Below, piece after piece: positions 24,302-36,760 of a stretch of 53,745 bases of DNA (positions within the stretch are counted from its first letter, which is position 1; each line of letters opens with the position of its first letter). A program made the position numbers and the translations under genes. Origin of the DNA: Vitrella brassicaformis CCMP3155 (taxonomy: Eukaryota; Protista; Chromerida); contig CDMY01000548.1 of the NCBI GenBank assembly GCA_001179505.1, positions 1 to 53,745 of the forward strand, read 5' to 3'. The notes under the pieces are model-generated. The model saw only the letters and a program-made list of their open reading frames with translations. It was not told the origin of the DNA and did no database searches.

Positions 24302-25360
24302 ATGGCTCGTGCCCTCGTGCCCCTCACTGCGCTGCTGCTGGCGTCACATGGAGTGCTGTGTGAGGCTCAGGTGACGGCGGCGGACGGGCAGGAGCTTGAG
24401 GAGCCCGCGCAGAGCTTGAGAGGCTCCGCCAATGCCAGTCCCACCTCAACGCCTCCGCCCACCGTCAAGTTGCAGGAGGAGTGCCGCGTCCTGGAGAGAT
24501 TCAATGCGACCATCCAGCCGGGCGACTATCGGAAGATCTCCGTCGATCTGGTAAGACGAGTAAGTCAGCCAGCCGACACCTCCAGCATGTGCAACCCCTT
24601 CTCATCCGTTCAGGATGAGCTCCGCAGTGATGGCTTTGCTGAGGTGGTTGTCGCATCGAATTCGCTTCGAGGTGATAGAGATCTCTTAAAGTTTCTTGAC
24701 AGGTGAGAGGGGCGAAACGCGCATAGATACATCGATGTTCTAGAACCTCTTCTCGTCCCTTCAGGATCGTTTCCGCTGTCAGTTCCAGAGTGATTGTCGC
24801 TTCGAATTCGATCCTTGGCGACGCAGACATCTTCACGTTTCTGGACAGGTAAGGAGCAGGTGAGATGCACACAGACACATCGACATTCACTACGTGCTCG
24901 TGCAGGAAGAAATGGGGCTCGGAATCTACCGTCGTGTCCAGCACGAGCACGTCGCTTCAGCCGTCGTGTCTTTCTGAAGAGGGTCATGCCGATGATTTTG
25001 AGGATGAGGTTACGTACCGTCTGGATGGAAATGACTCAGAGGATCTCCAGGCATACAATATGTCGTTGGCGATAAATGCCTCTCTTCTGGAGGCATATAT
25101 TGTGCCGTTCGGCAACGACACAGCTCAAGTGGTACGCCGTCGTTTCTACCATCCGACTGGCCACGATAGCAGGGATTGTTTCTTGGCGGCAGGATGTTGT
25201 CGTGTATGTGGCTGATGATGAGTGCGAGAGGCCCGTGGAACGCGGATGGTGCGAGGAAGTCTCCCCTGGAAGTGGATGGATATTCTACACTCCTCCCTGC
25301 CCCCCTGGTAGTACGGTCTGCGGTGCTGGCCCCCGGCCCGGCCCAGAGAGGGGTGGGTAG
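24302..25360 (+). CDS. Secreted PPC-like beta-domain protein, paralog 4 of 4 (duplicated GDxD exon, Cys/Pro tail)
   Basis: Signal MARALVPLTALLLASHGVLC; exons EVVVASNSLRGDRDLLKFLDR and RVIVASNSILGDADIFTFLDR; AYIVPFGNDTAQV / DVVVYVADDEC. Confidence 0.75.
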
Positions 25361-25934
25361 TAAGAACACAAAAGAGAATATCTAGAATATCTATGGGAGC
25401 TGTGCTGATTTGTTCCTTATGTCCTTCCTCAGGTGGCTTTGAGCAACCAGACCAGGACGATGCTGGCTTGTTTGGCCTTAGGCAAGAGACTGTGACGGCC
25501 GAAGCCGATCAAGATGGCAATCGATGACCAAGCAAAGCAAACAGCTGCCCACTCGGATGGGAAGGCCTGCCTGTAGAGACCATTAGAGACCATTAGCAAT
25601 GTGTCCGCCTTCTTCCTGTGGGTGCATTTACTGCTTCTCACATGTCGCTCGTGAGGCGCTACTTTTGATGTATTCGTGTAGGCGTCTTTTATGGACCGCT
25701 TTAAGTAGTTGTTTCGTTGTCAGAATGTGTTTGTTCCAATGGACGGACGAATGATTGGGACTGGGAAGTCCATGCAGCCCGAGTGACGTAAAAGTGTACC
25801 GACATTGCCAGCCTTTCATACACGTCGGTCCGTCCGTCCTTGCGACTGATGTCTCCTGCCGTCCCTTAAGATGATGCACTGCTTCCGCCAGCTATCCATT
25901 GATTTGACACACCTCCCTCTCTCTCTCTCTCTCT

Positions 25935-25965
<31 letters not shown>

Positions 25966-26103
25966 CCCCTGTGTGTCTCTCAGGCTTGATTCTTTCCTTC
26001 CCGCCTCGGCGTCCGCTTCTTAGGAAGCCGAAGGGCATCACGGGGTCCAGAGGGCCGGGCTTCACGAAGGGTGTCGCGACCATCCCCACCTTGTCGGCCC
26101 CGG

Positions 26104-27145
26104 TCATCTCACGGTGAGTCGCCACCTCTTCGGCGCAGTGTCACGGTGCACCGTCGACTTATCGGAGCCGGAGGCAATCGTGATCTGCTTCTTAGTGCGC
26201 GACACGGGCGGCTGGTGCTTGCAGCAGTGGCAGTTTCTGAGGAGCTTTTCCTTGATCTTCTCCCCCATCTTCTTCTGCTTCTCCTCGTCCTTGATGTTCT
26301 CCTTGATCGTCTTCTCCTTGTCCTTGTCCTTGTCCGGCTTCTCTAAGACTTCGAGTGCGGCTTGCAGGCCCACATCGTCGCACCTGAGCTTGGTGAATGT
26401 GAGGGCGTTTGGGAAGTTGTGGAAGACGTCCTGGATGGATTTGAAGCTGTAGCACTTCATGCCTTCGGGGCACTCCCCCTTTCCCGGCTTTCCGTACTCC
26501 TCTCCGTCCTTATTGGTGTGCCCGCACTTGACTGCATTCATAACCGGAGACACCACACACACACACACACACACACACAGGGATGGACGTGGGCCGCGAC
26601 TGTCTTGCGTCCTGTCGTTTGCATGAGTGTTTCTGTGCCGATTCAAGCGTCACTCACTGCCAGTGCCGGCGCAGCCATGAAATATCGCTGGCCATTCCTC
26701 GAGGTCGGACAGGCCGGTGGCCTCTTCTGACGCACATGTCATCCACACACGCACAGACAGAGAGCGAGACACGCTAAGGCACGCGTGACACACACCGGCC
26801 GATGCATGTACCTGCAACATCGGCGGGGTGCTGGTAGCCTTCCTCAGAGTCGCATTCCGCATCGGACAGCATGCCAGGGCACTGCAGAGGTGGGTGCCTC
26901 GGTGGTGCAGGCAGTGCCGAGAGCCGTGCCAGCAGCTCTGCCTCGTTCACACCGGCAGGTGGTGTACGCAGTGCCCGGAGCCGTGCCAGCAGCTCAGAGT
27001 CTGTCTCGTTCACGCCGGCACTTGGCCGGGTCTGATTGGTCTGGTTGGCGTCCACAGGCGTCTCTGTTGGCCTCGCCAGGAAGGCATCGGAGAGACACAG
27101 AGTCGCCAAGAAGACAACAAGCACCAGACTGTGAAGAGGCGGCAT
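26104..27145 (-). CDS. Secreted Cys-containing protein with a duplicated GVNE..ELLARLxAL motif and a Lys/Glu-rich helix; 3' end uncertain
   Basis: Signal MPPLHSLVLVVFLATLCLSDA. Phase-1 exons end at 26812 and continue through EEATGLSDLEEWPAIFHGCAGTG and IKCGHTNKDGEEYGKPGKGECPEGMKC. Confidence 0.65.
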
Positions 27146-27907
27146 TAGAAAACTTTGACGGATAGGCGGATGGTTGGATGGGTGGATGGATCCTCGAGGG
27201 GAACGCCGTCGAAAAGAACGACCAGGCGCGTCTCTGAGTCGGCCCCCACGGGATGGAGGCACGGCATCTCGCACGGATCATGCATGCGCTTCCTAGCCAG
27301 GCTTGGAGCTCGCTCGTCAGCCTGGCTCCTGTCTGTCGGTCATCGCATCAGTGTGAAGCATTTCATCCATCAGTCATGAGTGATCGTGCATAATGCCATG
27401 GTGTCTGTCAAAACCCATGAAGGACATGTCACCTGACTCCTGCATGTGTGAATGAATGAACAGACAATCCGCGAGATTCAATCGATGCAGCTGCGAATAT
27501 CCGTGCGGGTGAGGTGACCTGTGCGTGCGTGCGAATGCTCGTATGTACATACAGCAGCAAACCCATCCATCCAGCCATGCCGAAAATAGCGCTAGCAGCA
27601 GCAATACGTGTAATTGCGGAAAAGAGCAAGTGCAAGGAGAGAGAGGGAGGACCAGCTAACAGCTGGCGTAGCGCAGCGTAGCGTTAGGCAACACACACGA
27701 GCAAAGAGGCAGGCAGAAAGGCAGAAAGGCTGGCCTGCTGATCGGTCGATCGATGGAAAACACAGCCAGCCAGCCAGCCAGCTGTACACGCGTCCGCGCC
27801 GAGGCAATGGAATGCAATGCCTGGGTGCCACACAGGGCCGAGGGTGCCCAGGTGACGCGCTTGGAATGAGAGCAAAGAAGTAGGGGAAGCAAGCAGGGTC
27901 GGGCGGA

Positions 27908-29361
27908 TCACACCCATTTGTAGAAGAGGACATTTGCGATGGCCAAGACGACACCCAAATCCAAACCCGAGTGGGCAGCAGTCGCCGTCAATATGCCGAG
28001 ACTGAGCCAATACACACACATACACACACACCATTGCCAGTCGCTTGATGAGGGCGTGTGGTTGGGTGGGCAAGTGGCGTACCTTTTGGTGTTTCTGCAT
28101 ATGATGAGCAGCCGGCCGAACATGGTGAGGAAGACGAAGGCCAAGGCGGCGTACAGCGTGTTGACGAGATGGTAGACGACAACCACGTGATACGTACCAT
28201 AAAACATCGACACAACCATCTTCCCAACCTCACTCAGACGCACATCTGACAGACAGTCAGACAGACAGACAGACCCGTAAGCTTTATCCGCCCTCCCCGC
28301 CTCTCTGTTGTGCATGACTGCGTACCATGAAATGTCCCGGCCGAGTCGTGGCATGTAGCGCCCCCTTCTACGTCCCGGTGTGAAGTGGGCGACACATCGA
28401 TGGCCACACCGTCGGCCGCTGCGTTGCCCACGGGCTGCCGGGGGGAGGGGGACTCGGCCGTCGCCACTCTGTCCCTCAGAGGGAGAAACTCACCCTCATC
28501 GAGCGCAAAGAGACGACCGCCCAGCTCCTGCATGAATGGAGGTGTGTGTGTATGTGGGTGGGCTTGGGAGGGATGGGAAAAATTGCATGTGTGCTGTGCT
28601 GACCCTGTATAGCACCAGTCGCCAGAAGAATTCCTCAAATACTGGGTTGACGATGGTGAAGTACATGCCGACGAGCCATGCATTGGTCTCGCTGTAGTTG
28701 AAGCCCTCCTGGATGATGTTCTTAGGGCGCAAGGGCATACACAACCACGGAAAGATCCCGCCGCACTTGAGCACCGCATAACCTGACACACACACCCGCA
28801 CCAGCACGTATGCAGCGATTCGTGAGAGCGCTGAATGTGTGTCTGCTGACCGATGAAGCACGCCCCGACCATGACGCAAAAGGCGACAATGGACCAGCCG
28901 AGCTGCTCCGGCCACCTGACCGACACGCAACACCAACACCACATCATTTGCAACTGAGTGAGACCCTCTTGTGGAGTGTGTGCACGTCTGTGCGTGTGTG
29001 TGTGTGTGTGTGTCCCTCACCCACCTCTCGAGCTGTGACTTCATGAGTCCATTATAGTATGGCCACGCAGAGGTGAACGTGATGAACAGCGCCGTGAGCA
29101 GACCCATGCACACCCAATGCATCATGACCAATGCTGCAATAATAAGGACACACACACAAACACACGCACAGACGCATTGCAATGGGTGTGAGATGGCAAT
29201 CAGTGGACGGGCGGATGGTCTCATCGCTCACCGAGCACGACCTGGTGGAGGCCGGTGATGCAGATGACCATCGTGAGTGTGGGCGCGGCGCCCAGCAGCA
29301 CGACGATGAATATGGTGCCCCATCCTTGCCACCCGTCCTGGTCAGCCGCCAACGAAGTCAT
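27908..29361 (-). CDS. CPBP/Abi family intramembrane metalloprotease (type II CAAX protease-like)
   Basis: Multiple TM exons with the motifs PVFEEFFWR, FYGTYH and AAHSGLD. Confidence 0.85.
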
Positions 29362-29571
29362 CCAGAAACCCCCGTCACCGCTGCCGTCTACTCTTGCTCA
29401 TTGGAATCGCTCAAATCGGGCAGGCATGCGTGTGTACGTGATTACACCACGTCAATGGCCGCTGCGGAGGCGTGTTTCCCTTCCTTCTCTGGCGAGCTTT
29501 GAGGCGAGCTTGACGTCGTCGTCGCCAAAAAACAGCGGGAAGAAGGAGTCTGCAGCATCAGACCGCATCAG

Positions 29572-31817
29572 ATGTCCTCAGCCACGGCAGCGGCCGTGAC
29601 TTCATCTTCTGGCGCAGCTGCATTCGATGACTGGATAGCGTCGTCGACATCCACCACGACGCAGCCATGCACAGAGGCAGCAACAACAAGCCGCAGCAAG
29701 ACCAACGAGCACCATCCACACGGCCATGCCCACTCCCGTGCGCGTCCCGCCCTCCCCCATCCGCCCCCTGACGATGCCGATGACCATCACCACTACGTCG
29801 CTCACAAGGTGACCGAGTTCCCCGAGTTCGATGAGCAGGAAGAGGTCAAGGTGTTCGACGGGCAGATCAAGTCCCAGCAGCACGACATCACCCTCACCAA
29901 GGACGGCTACTACACCATCTCGGTGACCAACAGGAACGAGGCCGTCTGGGACAGCCTGTGGCTCGGCATTCAGCACATCGCCGTCAGGAATGAGTACGAG
30001 CTCGTCAGGAAGACCACCGAGGCAGCAAGCCCCATGCTGCCCAAGAGCCGGCTGGGCGGGGAGGGGCCCGGGGCGCTCGCCTCCCCCCTCGCCACGCAGA
30101 GCACCCCTTCCGCCCCCGCCCCTTCCCCACCCAAGAAGGACCGCCGCGGCCGGCAGGACAAGAAGGCCGAAGGCAAGGCCGACACGCCCACGCCAAACCA
30201 CACGTCCGTCCTCAAGGGGGCAGTGGAGGTGCGGGCCAACCAGACCCGGACGACGTCCTTCTACGCGACCGAGGGCACGGTGCTCAAGATGAATGTCTTC
30301 GCCAAGGCGGCGGCAGGCTTCGGCGTCAAGGGCGACTACTCACTCATATATGGGGGCGCGCCGCGGCTGCTGCCCAACAACCCCGTGGCGCCGTTTCTGC
30401 GGAAGGCTGGGATTCTGGTGCTTGATGGGGGCGGCGTGCTGGGTATCTCGTCGCTGAAGATCCTGGAGAGGCTGGAGAAGGAGCTGCAGAAGGAGATGGG
30501 GAGCGACACGGTGCAGCTCGTCGACTGCTTCGACATGATCGTCGGCACCAGCACCGGAGGCATCATCACTCTGGGACTGCTTGCCGGTACGTGGAGTAAG
30601 AGAGAAAGAGAGAGCAGAGGACACACGAAGTATGTGTGTGTGTGTGTTGGTTGTGATTGGTGTGTGTCAATAGGCCGCTCCATCCAGGACATGACGGACA
30701 TGTGGGGCACGGTGAGCAGCAAGATCTTCGACGGCTCCCGCACCCTCTTCTCCGGGCTCTTCTTCGAGGGGTACGACATCAGCCGCATGAAGAACGTCCT
30801 CATGGACAACCTGGGCAACAGGTTCCTCGACACATACGGGCCGCCCCTCTGCTTCGTCACCTCCACGGACGTCAAGCACCAGCCCTACCAGCTGTTTCTG
30901 CTGCGCAACTACCAGCACAAGCACTACTCGCGCCACGAGTACCGCGGCAGCAGCCACTTCCCCCTCTGGGCCGCTGCGTGGGCAACCAGCTCGGCACCCA
31001 CATACCTCAAGGGCCCGACAGCAGAGGAACTGGAGGCCATGGGCATACACATCGAGCCGCAGGTGAGCCAGGGAGGGAGGGAGGGAGGGAGGGAGATGAC
31101 CTTTTCTCTCTGTTTGTGGGTGGATCGGTGCGTATCGGCGGTGTTTGTGTGTGTGGTTGGTCATGAATGGCATGGTCAGGTTCATTTGGTGGACGGTGCG
31201 ATGAAGGCCAACAACCCTGCGTTTGTGGCGCTGGAGGAGTGCGCGAGGCTGTGCGGCAAGCAGCTGAGCCACTTCATAGAGGAGGACCTCGACATACTCG
31301 TCTCCATCGGCACCGGACAGCCAGGCATGAAACTCACACAGGGGGAAAGCGCCAAAAACACTCAGGTAAAGCGGGGGTGGGCGGGCGACACAGAGAGAGA
31401 GAGAAAGAAGTCACGGAGGTTTGCGTGTTGTGTTGTGTTTGTTCAGGCGAGCACGTTTCAGATAGTGATGAACAGCAGCCACCTGCTGACGTCGAGCACC
31501 AATGTGCACCGAGAGGTGCTGCACTGGCTGGCCGACCAGGACGACATGTACTTCAGGTTCAACGTCCCCGGCATCGGTGACATCCCGCTCGACTCATCAG
31601 ACAAAAGGTATCAAGAATCCTTGATACATACCACATCAACACACGAATGACGACTCTCTCTCTCTCTCTCTGTGTGTGTGGACATATCAGGCACATCGAC
31701 TTGATTCGGAAGGCCACGGTGGAGTACATATTGGACGAGAAGTTCTACGACGTCAAGCGACTGGCCCGAAGGCTCGCGAACCGACTACTCGCCAGGGCTT
31801 CCGCATCCATTCTCTAG
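29572..31817 (+). CDS. Patatin-like phospholipase with an N-terminal GOLD-like beta region
   Basis: DGGGVLG oxyanion motif, GTSTG nucleophile, WATSSAPTY, VDGA; spliced to a final exon ending at 31817. Confidence 0.92.
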
Positions 31818-32591
31818 GCCCTGCCTAAACCACCATGGTAGGCAGCACAGCACAGCACAGCACACATAGGGCGGGATCTTGCACAAGAGTGAGTTGTGAG
31901 TGTGTTGTGTGATGTGGTGGATGCAGCGAGCTGAGGCGAAGGCGCGTGTTGCCTTGGGGGCGTTTTGCGACATGAAGTTGAGATGTGTATCTATCTATCT
32001 GTCCACCTTTTTGGGTCAAGACGGTCTCGCGTTGGTTCCCTCGTCCATTCATTCATTGTGGGCTGGTGGCTGCTGCCGAGCCGACCCATGTACAGACTGA
32101 CGGACAGGTCTAGACCTGCCCCTCTCCCTCCCTCCCTCCCTCCCTCCCTCTCCTTACCTACTCAGTCGTTTTCAAGGGTGCTCTGTGTGGTGTGTGGCGT
32201 GGTGTGCCATGGATGGATGGCTGCATGGGTGCGTCAGTGTGCGTAGCGTATCTGACGGTGTGTACAGAGAGGGACCCACCTGTCAGTCAGTGTGGATTGA
32301 TTACATTTGTGTGGTACTCTTAACACGGACCGACCGACGCGATGTCACGTCAATCGATACGCACCCATCACAATCCTACCCCGGCAGCCCATGGACCACA
32401 CGGAGAAAAGCACACACCCATCCTCGGTGTGGATGAGACATTGAATGACTGACGCGTCTCACCCGTTCTCTCTGGACGTGACACGTCTGCTCATCCCAAA
32501 CAGACTCCTTCCCGGTGTTCCAAGCAGTGCCTCGATGCCAATCACGAGGACGCGCGTCAACAAGTTCCACGCGATATGCATCCATGGGTCC

Positions 32592-34448
32592 TCATCCTTT
32601 CCTCACTTTCTTGCGCGGCCCCCCTCTGTCTTTTCCTTCGTTGCCTCTCTTGCGCTGCCCAGCAGCCCCCTCCTTGGATCGGTGGTACCGGGCCAGCACG
32701 GCTGCCTGCTGCTTCTCGAAGCGACCACCGCCCATCTTCTTCGCACCATCTGGCACGCCATCGGCGGCTGGCTCCTGAGCTTGTTTCCTCTTCTTGGCCT
32801 TGAACGTGAAGGGATTGAACCTGCACATACAGACACAGACACACAGGGTGGTGTGTGTGATGTGTTGTTGGTGCGGCGAATGGATGGATGGACCTACTTG
32901 GTCTTTTGTGGTTGTGTGGCTCCTGTTCGGCTCCTGCTGGTTGCCGAGGGGCTGTCGTCCTCTCTGTTGTCATCCCCCTCGTCGTCAGCCTGACACATGA
33001 ATACAATCAATGACGCGCGATCAGCAAGGCGCACTCGCTCGCCTTTTGACTGACCTCTGCATCTCCGCCATCTTCGGCTGTTGCCTCCTCTGCTGGCTTG
33101 TTTTTCAGCATCTTGCGTTGCTGCCTCTCAGCAAGACGCTCGGCCAGCCTCTCCTGCTCCCTGACATGGGCAGACACAAAGGTGGCTGTCTGATGCGTGT
33201 GTGCATCCATCGGCTTTCTTACTTTCTTCTGTCTTTCAGTATGTGGGCTTTCTTGTCGAGCTGCTGCATCTCGTCCGGCGTTTTCTTGACGTACTCATGA
33301 AACAGCACTGCACCGCACAGACAGACACTCGTCCGAATGCATACGACGGCAACTGACGTGTGATGTGCTCACCTTTTCCGGCAAACATCTCCTCCTCGGC
33401 CTTGATGAGCTGCAGCGTCAGGCGCGGGCCCAGTTCAATCAGACTGCATCCATGCAAACCAACACACCAACCAACCAACCGATCGCTCAGCCCCGTGTGT
33501 GGTCATCCACCTCTCTCACCTGACGGAAATCTCTTTCTCCTCAGTCTGCGCCTCCCTCTTCGCCGGCGGCACGGCCACCTGCGCTGCGTCCTCCACCTCC
33601 GAATCGGAGGCATCGCCCACACCGCCCACACCGCCCGACAAGACGAAGTCCGACACCTCGGTCTTGGTGCCCAGGTTGACGAGCTTCTCCGACTTGGTGC
33701 GCAGGAGCTTCCGCACGCCACGCGTCATGCCAGCGGGGCGCTTGACGATGGCGTAGTGGCGCATGGAGATGGCCTTGCCCGCTGGGGAATAGTTGAACAG
33801 CACCACGCGACGACAGTCACCCACCTGAAGAGAGGACGAGGGAAGACAAGAAGGTACTGATGGCTGGGATTTCTCTTCTCTCTCGATGTCCCGTGCTCCT
33901 CTCTACCCTACCTGCATGTTCTTGACGTCGATTGGCGGGAACATGTTGCTGAGCATCACCGTCATGAGCTTGAGGGCGCCGGCCGTTTCACCAGACCCCT
34001 CGGCTGCCTTGCCCTCCTTGAAGCCGTTGAGCACCACCAACGGCGACTTGTCGTAGTCAGACGTGGTCGCCCGCGGCCTCTTCTGACTCGCTCGCACCTC
34101 AGTCGCCAGGGTGTACGAGTGCACGCGGAAGGTGAAGGAAGGGCCGGCAGGGAGTCGGGCGATGCGGAGGTACACAGCCACATCCGTCTGGCTGAGCATG
34201 ACGAGGTGTGTCACGCCGAAGACCCCAGCCACGTTGATGAAGTCGCGCACCTTCTGCACGCGGGCCTCCCTCAGCCTGAGGGCGGTGAATGGAGCCATGA
34301 GCTTGCGGAGGTCCTGGACCAGCAGCCGGACGCTCGGTGTGACGCGGCCCTTCTTGAAGACGAAGCTCTTGGGCAGATTCTTGAAGGCCTCATCCGACTG
34401 GACCACGTGCGTGCGCCTCTTCCGTCGCCTCGCACCCTTCTTCGCCAT
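32592..34448 (-). CDS. PPAN: Brix-domain ribosome biogenesis protein Peter Pan/Ssf1
   Basis: PKSFVFKKG..QDLRKLMAPFTA..VAGVFGVTHL..RLPAGPSFTFRV, RHYAI and LIELGPRLTLQLIKAEE are characteristic of PPAN/Ssf1. Confidence 0.9.
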
Positions 34449-34706
34449 CGGACCGCTGACTCAAGATCCGTTGCTGATCTGCACGCAATACGATGAGGAT
34501 GACCAGATGCAGTTGAGGATGTCGTCAAACGGCAAACAGCGGCCCGGTCACTCATTTTGCGAGCTCGAATGCGAGCTAGAGTTGAAGCCCCTTTTCTCTT
34601 TTCCCTCGCAAATCCTCATCGTCCGTTGCATTGCACACCCTCATCATCTCAATTGCCAAGTGCATGCGCCTCGCAGGGCCTCTCCATAGCGAGTCGGGCT
34701 GTCACC

Positions 34707-36240
34707 ATGCCATTGCTCTCTTTGCTGTTCGTGTTCTCAGCTCTATCGATGCTGCACTGCGCATCGGAAGGCCTCCACGGTGAGTTCTTCCCATACGCTT
34801 TGCAAAAAGGTGAGAGACAAACATGAGACACTGGACGGGGGCTGGACTGCCAGCTGCGGCAATGCAGGTGGGCCCCTTCCATTGAATTCATCGACTCTGT
34901 CTCCGCGCCCCTCCCTTCACGACTCACATGGTGATAATCACATCCTCCACACCGACGAGTTGAAGAAGACGGTCCAGCAACCTGGCTATTTCGATGAGAT
35001 CCGGCCGCTGCTATGGGTGACTCCCATCGCCCCGCAACTTGTCAAGTGGCTGGAGCACTTTGCATCGATGGCATTCGACTGCCTCATTCGCAGGGACCAC
35101 GGCCCCAGCACCGAAGAGAGCTCCGATTCGGGCCTGGTGGCCGCCTTCCACGGCTGCATCGACTGGCATTCAGCCGTGCATGCACACTGGGCTGTCCTGC
35201 GAGTCGCCAGGGCCCTTCGGCAGTCTGACGCTCTCTCTGATGACATACGCAGGATGGCGACAACGCTCGAGCGCACACTGACATCGGAGAGGGTGGACAA
35301 GGACACGCTCGAGGGCCTCAGGCGGTATCGGAGCTTCGAGCTGCCTTATGGGCGAGCGTGGCTGCTGCTGCTGGTGCGAGAGACCGCTGTTTGGCATCAC
35401 GAGGAGCATGGTGGGCCTGATGAGTCGCTTGTGTGGCTGTTTAAGCTGGGTGACGAGGTCTTTGACGAGCTGCGGCAACATTACAGCAGCCCGGCACATA
35501 GCGAGGCATCCGAGCTGTCGTTCTTGCAAGTGGGAGCAGCGGCAAGGCGGCTGCACGCCAAGGAAAACGACGCCAATCCATCGACGCCGAGGAGACACCA
35601 TCCTGTTGAAGCGTCAGACATCGATGCTGGGCGTGTGCTCGACGTCATTCGAAGGTATCGTGTGTCTCACTCGCCGACGCAAGACTCTCCCGCATATCAC
35701 AACGATGCCTGGGCACTCCTCCAGCTGCTCGAGTATGCCCGCTTTCGACAGCAGCCGCCGCATGACATCCTCGCTCTTATCGAAAAGCGCTTCCCCTCCC
35801 CGCCCACCTACGTCCCCTCCGCCGAGCACGAGGCATCCGGCTTCTTCTCGCCCTTCTGGTCGCAGTGCTACCTGTGGGCCCATGCGCTCGACATATCTGC
35901 ACCGGTGTTTCTCCAGGCCCTCGATCAGATAAGCGATGCGACACTGGAGGTGCCACGCGTCAACCAGACGGGGGCCAACGGACACAACCTTGGCAGGGTG
36001 TGGAGCCGCGCATGGGCCATGGTCAAGACAGCTGCCGCGGCGGCGCACATCGGCGAGACAGCACGTAAAGTGGGCGCAAGGACGCGTGAAGCGGCCGCGT
36101 CTCACGTGATTGTTGGGCTGAAGCAGCGGTTCATGGTGGCCGGGGGTGGTGGGGACGAAGCGTACATGCAGTACGGCCACTGGGTGCCCCAATTCAGTGT
36201 GCTTGCTCTGACGGAGGGCTTGGGAGACACCTCGTCCTGA
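34707..36240 (+). CDS. Secreted DUF2891-like protein (copy 1)
   Basis: Signal exon 34707-34809, a 58-nt intron, then one long exon with AFHGCIDWHSAVHAHW, FELPYGRAWLL, GHNLGRVWSRAW and YGHWVPQF. These match my recollection of bacterial DUF2891 motifs. Confidence 0.8.
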
Positions 36241-36760
36241 CTGTGTGTGGCAGTTCCGTGATACGAAGATGGGAAATGCTGGGAATGCCTTTGAGCGATG
36301 TGTGCTATTTGTGGGGCGGGAAGCGATTTCAGATGAGTTGCTGACTGGGCATCTACCAGTCAGCACCTATCAGATGAACACCGGTGAGTCAGTCAATCGG
36401 TTTGCATTCAGGTAAGTCAGTCATTCGATGAGGCACGGGGTCGGTCGGTGAGACGAACACCGTAATCCACCACCCCCCGACTAGTAGCTACGACACCGCC
36501 GTCCCTTTGCTGCTACTGGTGACTCGCTCGCGCACTACAGCCACGTACTTCACTCACTAACCATGCACACTCCATGGACACACACACACCATGGGCACCG
36601 TACACACATCAGACAACACAGATGCATACACAATAATATAAAGAAAGTCGAGTGAGTTAGTGACGTGGTCATGGTGGTCAGCTAATTGTATGCACGTATC
36701 TATAATCACTGCACCAGGACCCATCTCCACCAGCCCCTCCCGCCGACTAGTCCTCTTTCG

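Noticed and set aside
29182-29599. Upstream extension of patatin, or separate plus-strand ORFs
   Set aside because: They are largely antisense to exon 1 of the CPBP protease gene.
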